From Candidatus Omnitrophota bacterium (GTDB lineage: Bacteria; Omnitrophota; Gorgyraeia; 1-14-0-20-64-10): DNA of 64,000 nucleotides. Position 1 is the first letter of the stretch. Every line of letters begins with the position of its first letter. The notes under the pieces were generated by a model. The model made no database searches. It saw nothing but the letters and a program-made list of their open reading frames with translations, and was not told where the DNA came from. Positions 27,609-40,621 of the stretch are shown here, piece by piece. The stretch spans positions 148,873 to 212,872 of the forward strand of contig JAHFFE010000001.1 in the NCBI GenBank assembly GCA_023248155.1, given 5' to 3'. Both the position numbers and the translations under genes were made by a program.

Positions 27609-28416
27609 AATAGAGACCGCTGCTGCCGCGCATGAAGGCGGCGGAATTCCGCATATCGCCAACTGGCTTTCCTGGTTTGCCCAAAGCCTGGGTGAGCACA
27701 GCCGGCTCGGCCGCTGGATTGAAACCTACGAAGATCTTTTATTCGCCGGCATCGTCATCGTTATCTTAAGCGCCATTTGTTGGGCGGCCAGCCGGAAAAT
27801 GCGGATGGTTCCGCGCGGCCTGCAGAACTTGATGGAATTAATTATCGAATCGCTCAACGATTTTATCGCCCAGATTTTGGGCCCCGACGCCCGCGAGCAC
27901 ACCCCGTTTGTCGGAGCGCTCTTCCTCTATATCTGGATCATGAATTTGATCGGACTGGTTCCCGGGTTCAAATCGCCGACGGCCAACTTAAACACAACGC
28001 TCGGCCTGGCGATCTGCGTTTTCGTCTACGTGCAGTGGATCGGCCTTCGCAATTTTGGCATCAAAGGTTATTTCTCGCATATGATGGAAAACCCTCCCGA
28101 CGCGCTGATGTTCGTGATTGGTTTGATCTTTATTCTGCCGGTGCACATCGTGGGAGAACTGGTCAAGCCGATCTCGCTGGCGATGCGGTTGGGCTTCAAC
28201 ATCACCGGCGAGGACGCGTTCCTGGCGGTGGCCGTCGGGTTCGGCCCGTTTGGAATTATTTTGCAGCTCATTGCCATGGGATTGTCGCTGATTTGCGCGA
28301 CGGCCCAGGCGCTGGTGTTCAGCACGCTGAGCACCGTTTTTATCAGTCAGATGTGCGCGCACCACGGGGATGACGATGCGCATGCCCCGGAAAACGCGCA
28401 CGCGCTTAAACACTAA
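27601..28416 (+). CDS. atpB: ATP synthase Fo subunit a
   Basis: PRGLQNLME, SPTANLNTT, KPISLAMRLGFN with the essential Arg. Confidence 0.95.
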   Translation: MSEIETAAAAHEGGGIPHIANWLSWFAQSLGEHSRLGRWIETYEDLLFAGIVIVILSAICWAASRKMRMVPRGLQNLMELIIESLNDFIAQILGPDAREHTPFVGALFLYIWIMNLIGLVPGFKSPTANLNTTLGLAICVFVYVQWIGLRNFGIKGYFSHMMENPPDALMFVIGLIFILPVHIVGELVKPISLAMRLGFNITGEDAFLAVAVGFGPFGIILQLIAMGLSLICATAQALVFSTLSTVFISQMCAHHGDDDAHAPENAHALKH

Positions 28417-28434
28417 CAGGAGGAATACGAAACA

Positions 28435-28677
28435 ATGTTCGCGACGATTGAAACTTCAGCTGTGTTGGGATTTGCGCTTCCGTTCGGTTTGACGCTGGCG
28501 GCCATCGCCTGCGCGACGGCGCTGGGACGGGCGGTTTCTTCGGCGATGGATGCCATCGCGCGTCAGCCGGAAGCGGCCCAGAAGATTCAGGGCGCCATGG
28601 TGATCGGATGCGCCTTCATCGAAGCGCTCACCATCTATGCGCTGGTGACCGTGTTCGTTCTGCAGGGCAAGATCTAG
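28435..28677 (+). CDS. atpE: ATP synthase Fo subunit c
   Basis: ARQPE loop and the ion-binding Glu in FIEALTIY. Confidence 0.96.
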   Translation: MFATIETSAVLGFALPFGLTLAAIACATALGRAVSSAMDAIARQPEAAQKIQGAMVIGCAFIEALTIYALVTVFVLQGKI

Positions 28678-28686
28678 CCGCTTGAT

Positions 28687-29181
28687 ATGAATGTAGATCC
28701 GATTCAAATTCTGTTTCACGCGATTGGGTTCCTGATCCTGCTGGCGATCCTGCGCAAATTTGCGTGGGGATCGCTGCAGGGGATGCTTGATGCGCGGACT
28801 GAAAAGATCGCCGGCGAGTTCAAGGCGATCGAACAGACCAAGCACGAGCTGGCCAAATTGAAAGACGAGTACCAGGCCAGCATCGCCCGGATCGAGGATG
28901 AAGCCCGCGCTAAGATTCAGGCGGCCGTAGGCGAGGGGCGCCGCGTCGCCGAGGAAATCGAGAAGCAGGCCCGGCTTGGCGCCGAGCAGACGCTCGAGAA
29001 AACCAAGGAAGCGGTGGCTCTGGAAATCGCCAAGGCGCGCGCCGAACTGCGCGATCAGGTGGTCGATCTGGCCATTCAGGCGACGCACAAGGTTCTGCAG
29101 CAGCACCTCGACGAGGAAACCGACCGCCGCATGATCGAAGCGTTTATTCGCGAGATTGAGACGATCGATACCTCGAAATGA
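28687..29181 (+). CDS. atpF: ATP synthase Fo subunit b
   Basis: N-terminal TM (FLILLAILRKFAW) followed by a long charged helix; operon position. Confidence 0.93.
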   Translation: MNVDPIQILFHAIGFLILLAILRKFAWGSLQGMLDARTEKIAGEFKAIEQTKHELAKLKDEYQASIARIEDEARAKIQAAVGEGRRVAEEIEKQARLGAEQTLEKTKEAVALEIAKARAELRDQVVDLAIQATHKVLQQHLDEETDRRMIEAFIREIETIDTSK

Positions 29182-29780
29182 CCCAGTTGTCCGCCGATTT
29201 TCAGGTTGCCCGACGGTACGCCGAGGCGTTTGTGAATACGCTCGAGGCGTCCAACCGTCTGGATGCCGGCCTGGAAGAATTGAAATCGGTCAGCGCGATT
29301 TATTCTTCGTCGAAACAGTTTCAGCGGTTTCTCGGTTCGCCGGAAATCGCGACGGAAGACAAATCAAGAGTACTGGGCCGGGTCTACGCTGAGGCGTGTG
29401 GTGGCGTCCATTCCGATGACGCCAGCCGGTGCGCCGATGTCGGAACCGAAACGCGCGCGCTGCTCGATTTGCTGCTGCGCTGGGACCGCATTGACCAGCT
29501 GCCGGCTGTTTACAGCCAGGCCGTGAAAGTGGCCGAACTGCGCCGCAACATTTATCGCGGCACGGTGACGACGGCGCACCCGGTTTCATCGGCCGAGGTC
29601 GAGCGGCTCAATCAAGCCGTCGGCAAGGCGCTCGGAAAGAAAGTTATTTTGGAACGGCAGGTCAATCCGTCGCTGCTGGGCGGCGCCCAGATCGCGATCG
29701 GTACGAATTTGTTGGACGGCTCGGTCAGCAGCCGATTGAAAGAATTGTCCCGGCAGTTGAAAGAAATCAAAGTCGCTTAA
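29178..29780 (+). CDS. atpH: ATP synthase F1 subunit delta
   Basis: [20 protein letters not shown]. Confidence 0.93.
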   Translation: MTQLSADFQVARRYAEAFVNTLEASNRLDAGLEELKSVSAIYSSSKQFQRFLGSPEIATEDKSRVLGRVYAEACGGVHSDDASRCADVGTETRALLDLLLRWDRIDQLPAVYSQAVKVAELRRNIYRGTVTTAHPVSSAEVERLNQAVGKALGKKVILERQVNPSLLGGAQIAIGTNLLDGSVSSRLKELSRQLKEIKVA

Positions 29781-29793
29781 AAGGAATAACGCT

Positions 29794-33593
<3,800 letters not shown>

Positions 33594-33608
33594 CAGACAA
33601 AAAATCCG

Positions 33609-33875
33609 ATGGCAAACAAAGATTTTTCGATCGAGATTTTTACGCCGAAGAAACGGATCTTCAGCGGTTCGGCCGTGTCGGTAATCGCGCCGGGTGCGCT
33701 GGGTTACCTGGGCATTTTGCATAATCATGCGCCGCTGATGACCACGCTGGTGCCGGGCAACCTGATTGTGCGTAACGATTCCGGTGAAACCACCATATTC
33801 AAGTCGCAGGGCGAAGGATTTTTGGAAGTCTTTCATAATAAAGTCACTGTTCTTGCGGAGAAGATCGCCGAGTAA
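33609..33875 (+). CDS. atpC: ATP synthase F1 subunit epsilon (short, N-terminal domain only)
   Basis: TP..., PG..G.LGIL.NHAP, GFLEV...VTVLAE, then stop at 88 aa. Confidence 0.92.
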   Translation: MANKDFSIEIFTPKKRIFSGSAVSVIAPGALGYLGILHNHAPLMTTLVPGNLIVRNDSGETTIFKSQGEGFLEVFHNKVTVLAEKIAE

Positions 33876-33887
33876 AGGAGGGGGCAG

Positions 33888-35258
33888 GTGAAGCAGCTTC
33901 CCTGGTTTTTCGGTTTACTGGCGTTGATCGGTTTGTCGGCCCGCTTGGCGCATTTTAGTTCGTCGCAAATCCTTGCCGTCACGGTTTTTGCCAGTTTCAT
34001 TTTGGGCACCTTGTTTTACTGGCAATTCCGCCTCGCATTCGCGTTGATGGGTGCCGCATCGCTGCTGACGCTCAAGTTAATCGATATTCCGCATCTGATC
34101 GAATTCTGCAACATCGACATCATCCTGTTTCTGATCGCGATGATGACCGTGATCGGATTTCTGGAAGAACGGAAATTTTTCGAAGTGCTGCTGGAAAAAC
34201 TGCTCGACAAAATCAGCCATCGCCCCCGGCTGTTTTTTCCGACGATGATGGCCCTTTCGATGCTGACGGCCGCGCTGGTCGATGAGGTAACCTCGATTTT
34301 GTTTATGACGTCGTTGACGCTGCATCTAACGCGCCGGCTTAAACTGGAGCCGTTTCCCTTTATTGTGATGATTGTGCTGGCCACCAATGTCGGTTCCAGC
34401 GCGACGGTGGTAGGCAATCCGATCGGCGTTCTGATCGCGTTGCGCGCCGGCTTAAGCTTCTCAGATTTTTTACGGTGGGCCACGCCGATTTCTCTGGTTT
34501 GTCTGGTTGCGGCCATCGGCATCTGCTTGCTCTATTTTCGCGATCCGCTTGAGAAAATGGCCGAGGGTGTCGCGCTGGCGCGCGAAAAAGCGCTGGACGA
34601 AGGCCGTTGGAGTAAAAAAGAATTCCGCCTGGCCTGCTGGATTTTCGCCGCGACCGTGGCCGGACTGGTGATTCATCATCAGGCGGAGCATTTACTGCAG
34701 CTGCCCAAGAACACGCTGCTGATCGCGTTCCCATTCTTGATGGCCGGCATCTGCCTGTTGATTCAGGGCGAACGCGCGCGGGAATTAGTGGAAAAACGGG
34801 TCGACTGGTGGACGCTGGTTTTCTTTTTAATGTTGTTTGCGTCGGTCGGCACGCTGCGCTATGTCGGTGTAACCGACCGGATTGCCGAGGGACTTGCTTC
34901 GATGGCCGGCGGGAATGAGGTCCTGTTCCTGGCGCTGATCCTCGTCATTTCTGCCATTCTGACGGCTTTTCTGGACAATATCCTGGTGGTGGCTACGTTT
35001 ATTCCCATTGTTTCCGGCCTGGCCGCGCAGGGCGTCTCAGCCGCGCCGCTCTGGTGGGCGTTGTTGTTCGGCGGCACGCTGGGTGGTAACGCCACGATGA
35101 TCGGTTCTACGGCCAATGTGGTGGCCATCGGCATGTTGGAAAAAGAAAAGCACCCGATCCGCTTCTCGCAATGGCTGGGGCCCGGACTTGCCGTCACCAT
35201 TCCTACGCTGATCATCGCGTTTCTGTTGCTTTGGCTGCAGCTTCCTTTAATGAAGTAA
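33888..35258 (+). CDS. ArsB/NhaD/SLC13 family ion transporter
   Basis: AALVDEVT, TNVGSSATVVGNP, AFLDN, GGNATMIGSTANVV. Confidence 0.88.
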   Translation: MKQLPWFFGLLALIGLSARLAHFSSSQILAVTVFASFILGTLFYWQFRLAFALMGAASLLTLKLIDIPHLIEFCNIDIILFLIAMMTVIGFLEERKFFEVLLEKLLDKISHRPRLFFPTMMALSMLTAALVDEVTSILFMTSLTLHLTRRLKLEPFPFIVMIVLATNVGSSATVVGNPIGVLIALRAGLSFSDFLRWATPISLVCLVAAIGICLLYFRDPLEKMAEGVALAREKALDEGRWSKKEFRLACWIFAATVAGLVIHHQAEHLLQLPKNTLLIAFPFLMAGICLLIQGERARELVEKRVDWWTLVFFLMLFASVGTLRYVGVTDRIAEGLASMAGGNEVLFLALILVISAILTAFLDNILVVATFIPIVSGLAAQGVSAAPLWWALLFGGTLGGNATMIGSTANVVAIGMLEKEKHPIRFSQWLGPGLAVTIPTLIIAFLLLWLQLPLMK

Positions 35259-35279
35259 TGAATCGAGGATACGAGATTA

Positions 35280-35738
35280 ATGGCTGACTTGACCGTTGGA
35301 AAGAAAGCGCCCGATTTTACGGTGGTCGATGACCAGGGAAAAGAAATCTCTTTAAAGGAACTGAAAGGCAAGAAAGTCGTTCTTTATTTTTACCCGAAAG
35401 ATGATACTCCGGGCTGCACAAAAGAAGCCTGCGCGTTCCGGGACGGCATCGCGCAGATCAAAAAGAAGGGCGCCGTGGTATTGGGCGTCAGCGCCGACTC
35501 GATTGATTCGCATGGAAAATTCAAAAAGAAATTCGATCTGAACTTTCCGCTGCTCAGCGATCCGGATAAAAAATTGATTCAGGATTACGGCGTCTGGAAA
35601 GAAAAATCGATGTACGGCAAAAAATACATGGGCATCGAGCGAACCACCGTGATTATCGATGAGCAGGGGAAAGTCGCCCAGCTCTTTCCGAAAGTGAAGG
35701 TCGACGGTCATTTTGATGAAGTGATGGAGGCTCTGTAA
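35280..35738 (+). CDS. bcp: Thioredoxin-dependent peroxiredoxin Bcp
   Basis: [16 protein letters not shown] motif. Confidence 0.95.
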   Translation: MADLTVGKKAPDFTVVDDQGKEISLKELKGKKVVLYFYPKDDTPGCTKEACAFRDGIAQIKKKGAVVLGVSADSIDSHGKFKKKFDLNFPLLSDPDKKLIQDYGVWKEKSMYGKKYMGIERTTVIIDEQGKVAQLFPKVKVDGHFDEVMEAL

Positions 35739-35749
35739 AGGCGGGTCCG

Positions 35750-36457
35750 ATGGCAACTGTTCTCGTTTTCCAGCATGCCGCGCCCGAAACGCTGGGCGTT
35801 ATTGCCGATGCGCTCGACGATCGCGGCCTGAAAACAAAGTATGTCCACTCGTTCCTTGAGGAGCCGACGCCCGCTTCCATGGACGAATTTGACGCGCTTA
35901 TTATCATGGGCGGGCCGATGGGTGTTTATGATCAGGGCCGTATGCCGTTTTTAAAGGCCGAAATGAAACTGATCGAGCAGGCGCTTAAAGCAAAAAAGCC
36001 GATCCTGGGCATTTGCCTCGGCAGCCAGATGCTGGCTTCGGTGCTGGGGTCCAACATTGTTCGCCGCAAAGAGCGTGAAATCGGCTGGCACCGCGTACGG
36101 TTGTCCGAACAGGGGATTTTTGATCCGCTGTTGAAATCGATTGAGCCGGAATTCATGGCATTCCACTGGCACCGCGATATCTTCGACCTTCCGCAGGGGG
36201 CCGTTTCATTGGTTTCTTCCGATATGACCGAACATCAAGCCTTCCGTTCCGGCGACAATGCCTATGGATTCTTGTGCCATATGGAAATCACCGAAAATAT
36301 GATTCGCGAAATGATCCGCTCATTCTCCAATGAATTGGACGAAGAGCGGATGGATCCCGCCACATTGATGGAGCAGGGGCTCCAGTATCATCCGCCGCTG
36401 GAACGGATCGGCAAGGAATTGTTCGGCCGCTGGGCCGAGCTGCTGATCAAGAAATAG
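35750..36457 (+). CDS. Type 1 glutamine amidotransferase-like protein
   Basis: MGGPMGVYD, GICLGSQ catalytic Cys and HME (HxE). Confidence 0.88.
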   Translation: MATVLVFQHAAPETLGVIADALDDRGLKTKYVHSFLEEPTPASMDEFDALIIMGGPMGVYDQGRMPFLKAEMKLIEQALKAKKPILGICLGSQMLASVLGSNIVRRKEREIGWHRVRLSEQGIFDPLLKSIEPEFMAFHWHRDIFDLPQGAVSLVSSDMTEHQAFRSGDNAYGFLCHMEITENMIREMIRSFSNELDEERMDPATLMEQGLQYHPPLERIGKELFGRWAELLIKK

Positions 36458-36526
36458 CGCAAAAATCCTTTTTATGTGGCATAGTTCAGCTGAGTTCACA
36501 TAGATAAATAGGGAGGCGCGCCGCAG

Positions 36527-36922
36527 ATGAACAAAATGATTCGAGGTTTTCTCTTTTCCGCTTTGGCAACTGTCTCTGCCGTTTCGATTGCCACGGCCGC
36601 GATTGATTCGGTTGCAGTAGCCGCGTCGCAGGTGATCACACTGCAAATTCAGGGGCTTGCTCAAGAGGAAGCGATGGATCTTGAGCATGGTCTGGGTGCC
36701 GTGCCGGGTGTTTCTTTGGTGAAAGTCAGTTCTGATCTGGGCGTAGCCGTAGTGGTTTATGATCCGGTTCAGGTAAAACCAGATCTATTAAGCCAAAAAG
36801 TGCAAGAAGCCGGCCACTTGGCGTCATTCGCGAAAGCCAATTACAAATGTCCAAAATGTACGGCTGCTTATGAGAAGGCCGGCGACTGTATTGTTTGCCA
36901 TATTCCGACAGAAAAGGTCTGA
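36527..36922 (+). CDS. Exported HMA-fold protein with C-terminal Cys-rich metal-binding motif
   Basis: Signal peptide, HMA-like pattern (VPGV...V.YDP....L...V..AG) and YKCPKC...GDCIVCH. Confidence 0.65.
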   Translation: MNKMIRGFLFSALATVSAVSIATAAIDSVAVAASQVITLQIQGLAQEEAMDLEHGLGAVPGVSLVKVSSDLGVAVVVYDPVQVKPDLLSQKVQEAGHLASFAKANYKCPKCTAAYEKAGDCIVCHIPTEKV

Positions 36923-36945
36923 TTGTAAATAGTCGCCGTTTTTTC

Positions 36946-36979
36946 TTGATCTGGAAATAAAAGTATTATAAAGTAATAC
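36946..36979 (+). promoter_or_regulatory. Promoter with overlapping palindromic operator of the metal-uptake operon
   Basis: TTGATC-17 nt-TAAAGT; inverted repeat GTATTA-N5-TAATAC (36963-36979) covers the -10 box. Confidence 0.65.
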
Positions 36980-36981
36980 CT

Positions 36982-37242
36982 ATGGTCAGGAAAAAAGAGG
37001 AAGTGATTACCTTCAAGACGGATGGCGCTCTGCTCTCGGCCCTCAAGCAGATGCCGAATCGATCCGAATTCATCCGCACGGCGCTTTTGGCGGCCATGGA
37101 CAATTTATGTCCGCTCTGTAACGGCCGTGGAGTCCTTTCCCCGTCGAAGAAAGAACATTGGGATGAATTTGCGCGCAATCATCCCCTGCAGGAATGCGGT
37201 GACTGCCACGAAGTGACGCTTGTCTGCGAAGAAAAACATTAA
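36982..37242 (+). CDS. CopG/RHH family regulator with C-terminal Cys/His metal site
   Basis: VITFK...NRSEFIR RHH motif, then CPLCNG...H...H..ECGDCHE. Confidence 0.8.
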   Translation: MVRKKEEVITFKTDGALLSALKQMPNRSEFIRTALLAAMDNLCPLCNGRGVLSPSKKEHWDEFARNHPLQECGDCHEVTLVCEEKH

Positions 37243-37243
37243 A

Positions 37244-37534
37244 ATGAAGAAACTGCTTGTCTTTGTATTAATATCCGCATGGACGGCGCTCGGAATTGCC
37301 GCCGTATTGCCGCATTCCCATGCTGGAGAAAAAGGACAGGCTCATCAGGCCACCCATCTTTCCTGTGTGATTTGCCAGGCGCAGTCGATTCAGCCGGTTC
37401 AAAGCACAACACCTGTTGTTTCCGCTCCGGCACTGGTTTCTTTTTCTGTTGTTTTCGAGAAAATTGATTCTCCCGCTGTTCCCGTTACCGCATTCTGCTT
37501 TTCCAGCAGGGCCCCTCCCGTAACCCTTTTTTAG
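37244..37534 (+). CDS. DUF2946-like exported leader peptide with CxxC and C-terminal RAPP arrest-like motif
   Basis: Signal peptide, HSH, CVIC, ends SSRAPPVTLF; directly upstream of a porin gene. Confidence 0.75.
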   Translation: MKKLLVFVLISAWTALGIAAVLPHSHAGEKGQAHQATHLSCVICQAQSIQPVQSTTPVVSAPALVSFSVVFEKIDSPAVPVTAFCFSSRAPPVTLF

Positions 37535-37581
37535 CGTTTAAAGGGTTGTTTTCACAAATTATTTCTTAACGGAGGAATTCC

Positions 37582-38832
37582 ATGTCTGAACGATTTCTTT
37601 TAAGAGCAATAAGCTCCCTGCTTATTTTCAGTTTTGCGTTTGGTTTTCCATCAATGGCGATGGCCGAGGAATCGGTCGCCGAACTTAAAGAAGAGCTGGC
37701 CCAAATGCGCCATTCTATGGAGCGGATGCAGGCCCGCCTCGACGAATTAGAAAGAAAAGCAGCTGCGCCACAGCCGGAGATTGTTTCTTCTCCAGTCAGC
37801 CGGCCGGCGCCTGCGGGTCAAATAGGGGCCTCGATGCCGGAGATCGGTGTCGTGGCTGATTTTGTGGCGACTGCTTCCGAGAGTAAATCCGATCTGGAAG
37901 GAAACAACCGCCTGGCTGCGCGCGAGGTTGAAATAGTCGTCGGTGGGTATGTTGATCCGTACTCGCGGATGGATGCCACGCTCGCGTTTTCCGATTTTGA
38001 GGAAGCGGCACTGGAAGAAGCCTACCTTACCCGATGGGGTTTACCGTTTGATTTGACGGCACGCGTCGGGCGGTTCTCACCGCGGGCCGGAAAACAGGCC
38101 GCATTGCACCGCGATTCGCTGGAAACAGTCGATGAACCGTTGGTGATCCGCAACTTTTTCGGCGCCGAAGGGTACCGGCGGTCCGGAGTCGATTTCGCGC
38201 GCGCGCTCGAAGGACCGGCTGGTCTTTTTATTGAGCCGAGCGTTGGCATATTGGAAGGCGGTATCGGAGAAGGCGGCAATCTGTTCGGTGAAACGCGCCG
38301 CCGGCCGACCTTCATCAGCCATCTGAAAACGGCCAAAGATTTGACCGATTCGTCAAATCTGGAGCTTGGCCTAACCCATATGGTTGGTTCCAAAGATGCT
38401 GACGCGGCGTTTGAAGTGAATATGCTGGGCGCTGACGCCACGTACATCAATCGGCTCAACGGCGTCAACCGGCTGAAACTGCAAAGCGAGTTTTTTCTGC
38501 AGCACCGCGATGAGGCATTCAGCATCGACGACACGACCGGCGAAAATACGCAGTTCGACCGCAACCCGTGGGGTGCGTACGCGCTGGCCGAATACAAATT
38601 CGCGCCGCGCTGGGCGATCGGCGCGCGTGCCGATCATGCGCGCATCGTCGACGCTGCGGCACCCCGGCATGCCGATCAGGGATACAGCGGGTTTCTGACA
38701 TTTTTCCAGAGCGAGTGGGCCCGCTGGCGTTTGCAATTCCGCCATGAAGACCGGGCCAGTGAGAAAGCCGAAGATGCGGTTTTTTTGCAGGGTACATTCG
38801 CACTGGGCACGCACAAGCACAAACTTCAGTAG
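37582..38832 (+). CDS. Outer-membrane beta-barrel/porin associated with metal uptake
   Basis: Signal peptide, coiled coil, alternating beta strands (EVE..VGGYVDPY, LEEAY), C-terminal LGTHKH. Confidence 0.75.
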   Translation: MSERFLLRAISSLLIFSFAFGFPSMAMAEESVAELKEELAQMRHSMERMQARLDELERKAAAPQPEIVSSPVSRPAPAGQIGASMPEIGVVADFVATASESKSDLEGNNRLAAREVEIVVGGYVDPYSRMDATLAFSDFEEAALEEAYLTRWGLPFDLTARVGRFSPRAGKQAALHRDSLETVDEPLVIRNFFGAEGYRRSGVDFARALEGPAGLFIEPSVGILEGGIGEGGNLFGETRRRPTFISHLKTAKDLTDSSNLELGLTHMVGSKDADAAFEVNMLGADATYINRLNGVNRLKLQSEFFLQHRDEAFSIDDTTGENTQFDRNPWGAYALAEYKFAPRWAIGARADHARIVDAAAPRHADQGYSGFLTFFQSEWARWRLQFRHEDRASEKAEDAVFLQGTFALGTHKHKLQ

Positions 38833-38851
38833 AAAAAAGGAAATCATTCAA

Positions 38852-39799
38852 ATGAAAACAAAAGAAATAACGAGATTGCTTCCGGCGTCGTTTTTCCTCG
38901 CCGTCGCAATGACCATATTCGTAATAGTCTCTCAGGCGTCAGCGGCTCAACCGTTGCGCGTGGTCACCACGCTTTCCACATTCGCGGACCTTGTCAAACA
39001 GGTGGGGGGCGACGATGTCGAAGTGGCTTATGTCGCGCCGCCGAAATTCAACCCGCATTTTATCGAAGCGCGCCCCAGTGATGTTTTAAAAATAAAGAAA
39101 GCCGATCTGTTTGTCCACGCCGGACTGGATCTTGAGGCGTGGCGTGATCCGCTGCTGGATGCGGCCGGCAATCCAAACGCGTTTCCGGGACAGAGCGGCA
39201 GTCTGGATCTTTCCAAAGGAATCGCCTTGCTGGAGGTGCCGGACAAGCCGTTGAACCGGCTGATGGGCGATATCCATCTGTATGGAAACCCGCATTACTG
39301 GCTCGATCCGGAAAACGGGCGCCTGATGGCTAAAACGATTTGCGACAAGTTGTGCGAGATGGATCCGGCGCATTGTGATCCATACCATGCCCGCCTCGAG
39401 AGTTTTCTGAAAAAGCTGGATCAAAAAGAAACCGAATGGAAACCGTTGCTGGCGGTGCTGCACGGTAAAGAACTGCTGGCCTACCATAACGAGTGGCCTT
39501 ACTTGGCCAGTTATGCCGGTTTTGAAACCCGACAATTTCTAGAACCGAAGCCGGGGATTCCGCCTTCGCCCAAACAGCTGGCTTTTTTACAGAACTACAT
39601 CGCGCAAAAACAGATTAAAGCGATTATCCAGCCGACCTATTACCCGAAAGATAATTCCGGCCGGCTGGCTCAGCGGACCGGGGCCAGGCTGGTGGTCATT
39701 TGCCAGAATGTGGGCGAGCTTCCTCAGGCGTCCGATTATCTCTTGATGATCGATTATGATTTGCGGCAAATCGCCGCGACAATGGAGGCAAAACCATGA
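38852..39799 (+). CDS. Zn/Mn ABC transporter substrate-binding protein (ZnuA/PsaA family)
   Basis: VVTT, NPHFIE, GNPHYWLDP, YHNEW, EPKPGIPPS. Confidence 0.9.
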   Translation: MKTKEITRLLPASFFLAVAMTIFVIVSQASAAQPLRVVTTLSTFADLVKQVGGDDVEVAYVAPPKFNPHFIEARPSDVLKIKKADLFVHAGLDLEAWRDPLLDAAGNPNAFPGQSGSLDLSKGIALLEVPDKPLNRLMGDIHLYGNPHYWLDPENGRLMAKTICDKLCEMDPAHCDPYHARLESFLKKLDQKETEWKPLLAVLHGKELLAYHNEWPYLASYAGFETRQFLEPKPGIPPSPKQLAFLQNYIAQKQIKAIIQPTYYPKDNSGRLAQRTGARLVVICQNVGELPQASDYLLMIDYDLRQIAATMEAKP

Positions 39800-40614
39800 A
39801 TGATTTTTTTCATCTGATGGCAGCGCCATTCGCCGCCTGTTTGGTGCTGACCGGCATTCACGCCTATCTGGGACTGCACGTGATTGAGCGCGGCGTGATC
39901 TTCGTCGATCTGGCGCTGGCGCAGATTGCCGCGCTGGGGGCAACGCTGGGGTTTTTGCTGGGGTTTGGCCTGCACAGCAGTGCCGGCTATCTGTTCGCGC
40001 TCGGGTTTACATTTTTAGGTGCTGTGATCTTTGCGCTGACCCGGTTTCGCGAGGAAAAAATTCCGCACGAAGCGATCATCGGCGTGGTTTACGCGGTTGC
40101 TTCCGCCGCCGTGATTCTGGTGTTAAGCCGCGCGCCCGAAGGCGGAGAAGAATTGAAAGAACTGCTGGTCGGACATCTATTGCTGGTTGGCTGGCCCGAG
40201 GTTTTTAAAGTGGCTGTTATTTACGGCGGCATCGGCCTGCTGCACTGGCTGTTTAGAAAACCGCTGTTGGCCATTTCTAGAAATCCGGAACAGGCATTCG
40301 CCAACGGAATACCGGTGCGCGCATGGGATCTGTTTTTCTATGTCACTTTTGGTGTTGTAGTGACTAGTTCCGTTGCCATGGGAGGCGTGTTGCTGGTCTT
40401 CAGTTTTTTAATCGTGCCGGCAATTTGCGGTGCGTTGCTGGCGCAGTCGGTGGGCCGCCGGCTCTGCGTTGGATGGGGGATCGGCGCGTTAGCCAGCATG
40501 CTGGGCATTGTTGTTTCGTATTATGCTGATTTGCCGACGGGCGCCTCAATCGTTTGTTTGTTTGGGCTGGTTCTTGTAGTTGTGGGACTGCTTCACCGCT
40601 TGCGCTTGATATAA
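39796..40614 (+). CDS. Zn/Mn ABC transporter permease (ABC-3 family)
   Basis: LGLHVIERGVIFVDLALAQ, GVLLVFSFLIVP, DLPTGA. Confidence 0.9.
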   Translation: MNDFFHLMAAPFAACLVLTGIHAYLGLHVIERGVIFVDLALAQIAALGATLGFLLGFGLHSSAGYLFALGFTFLGAVIFALTRFREEKIPHEAIIGVVYAVASAAVILVLSRAPEGGEELKELLVGHLLLVGWPEVFKVAVIYGGIGLLHWLFRKPLLAISRNPEQAFANGIPVRAWDLFFYVTFGVVVTSSVAMGGVLLVFSFLIVPAICGALLAQSVGRRLCVGWGIGALASMLGIVVSYYADLPTGASIVCLFGLVLVVVGLLHRLRLI

Positions 40615-40621
40615 TAGAAAG

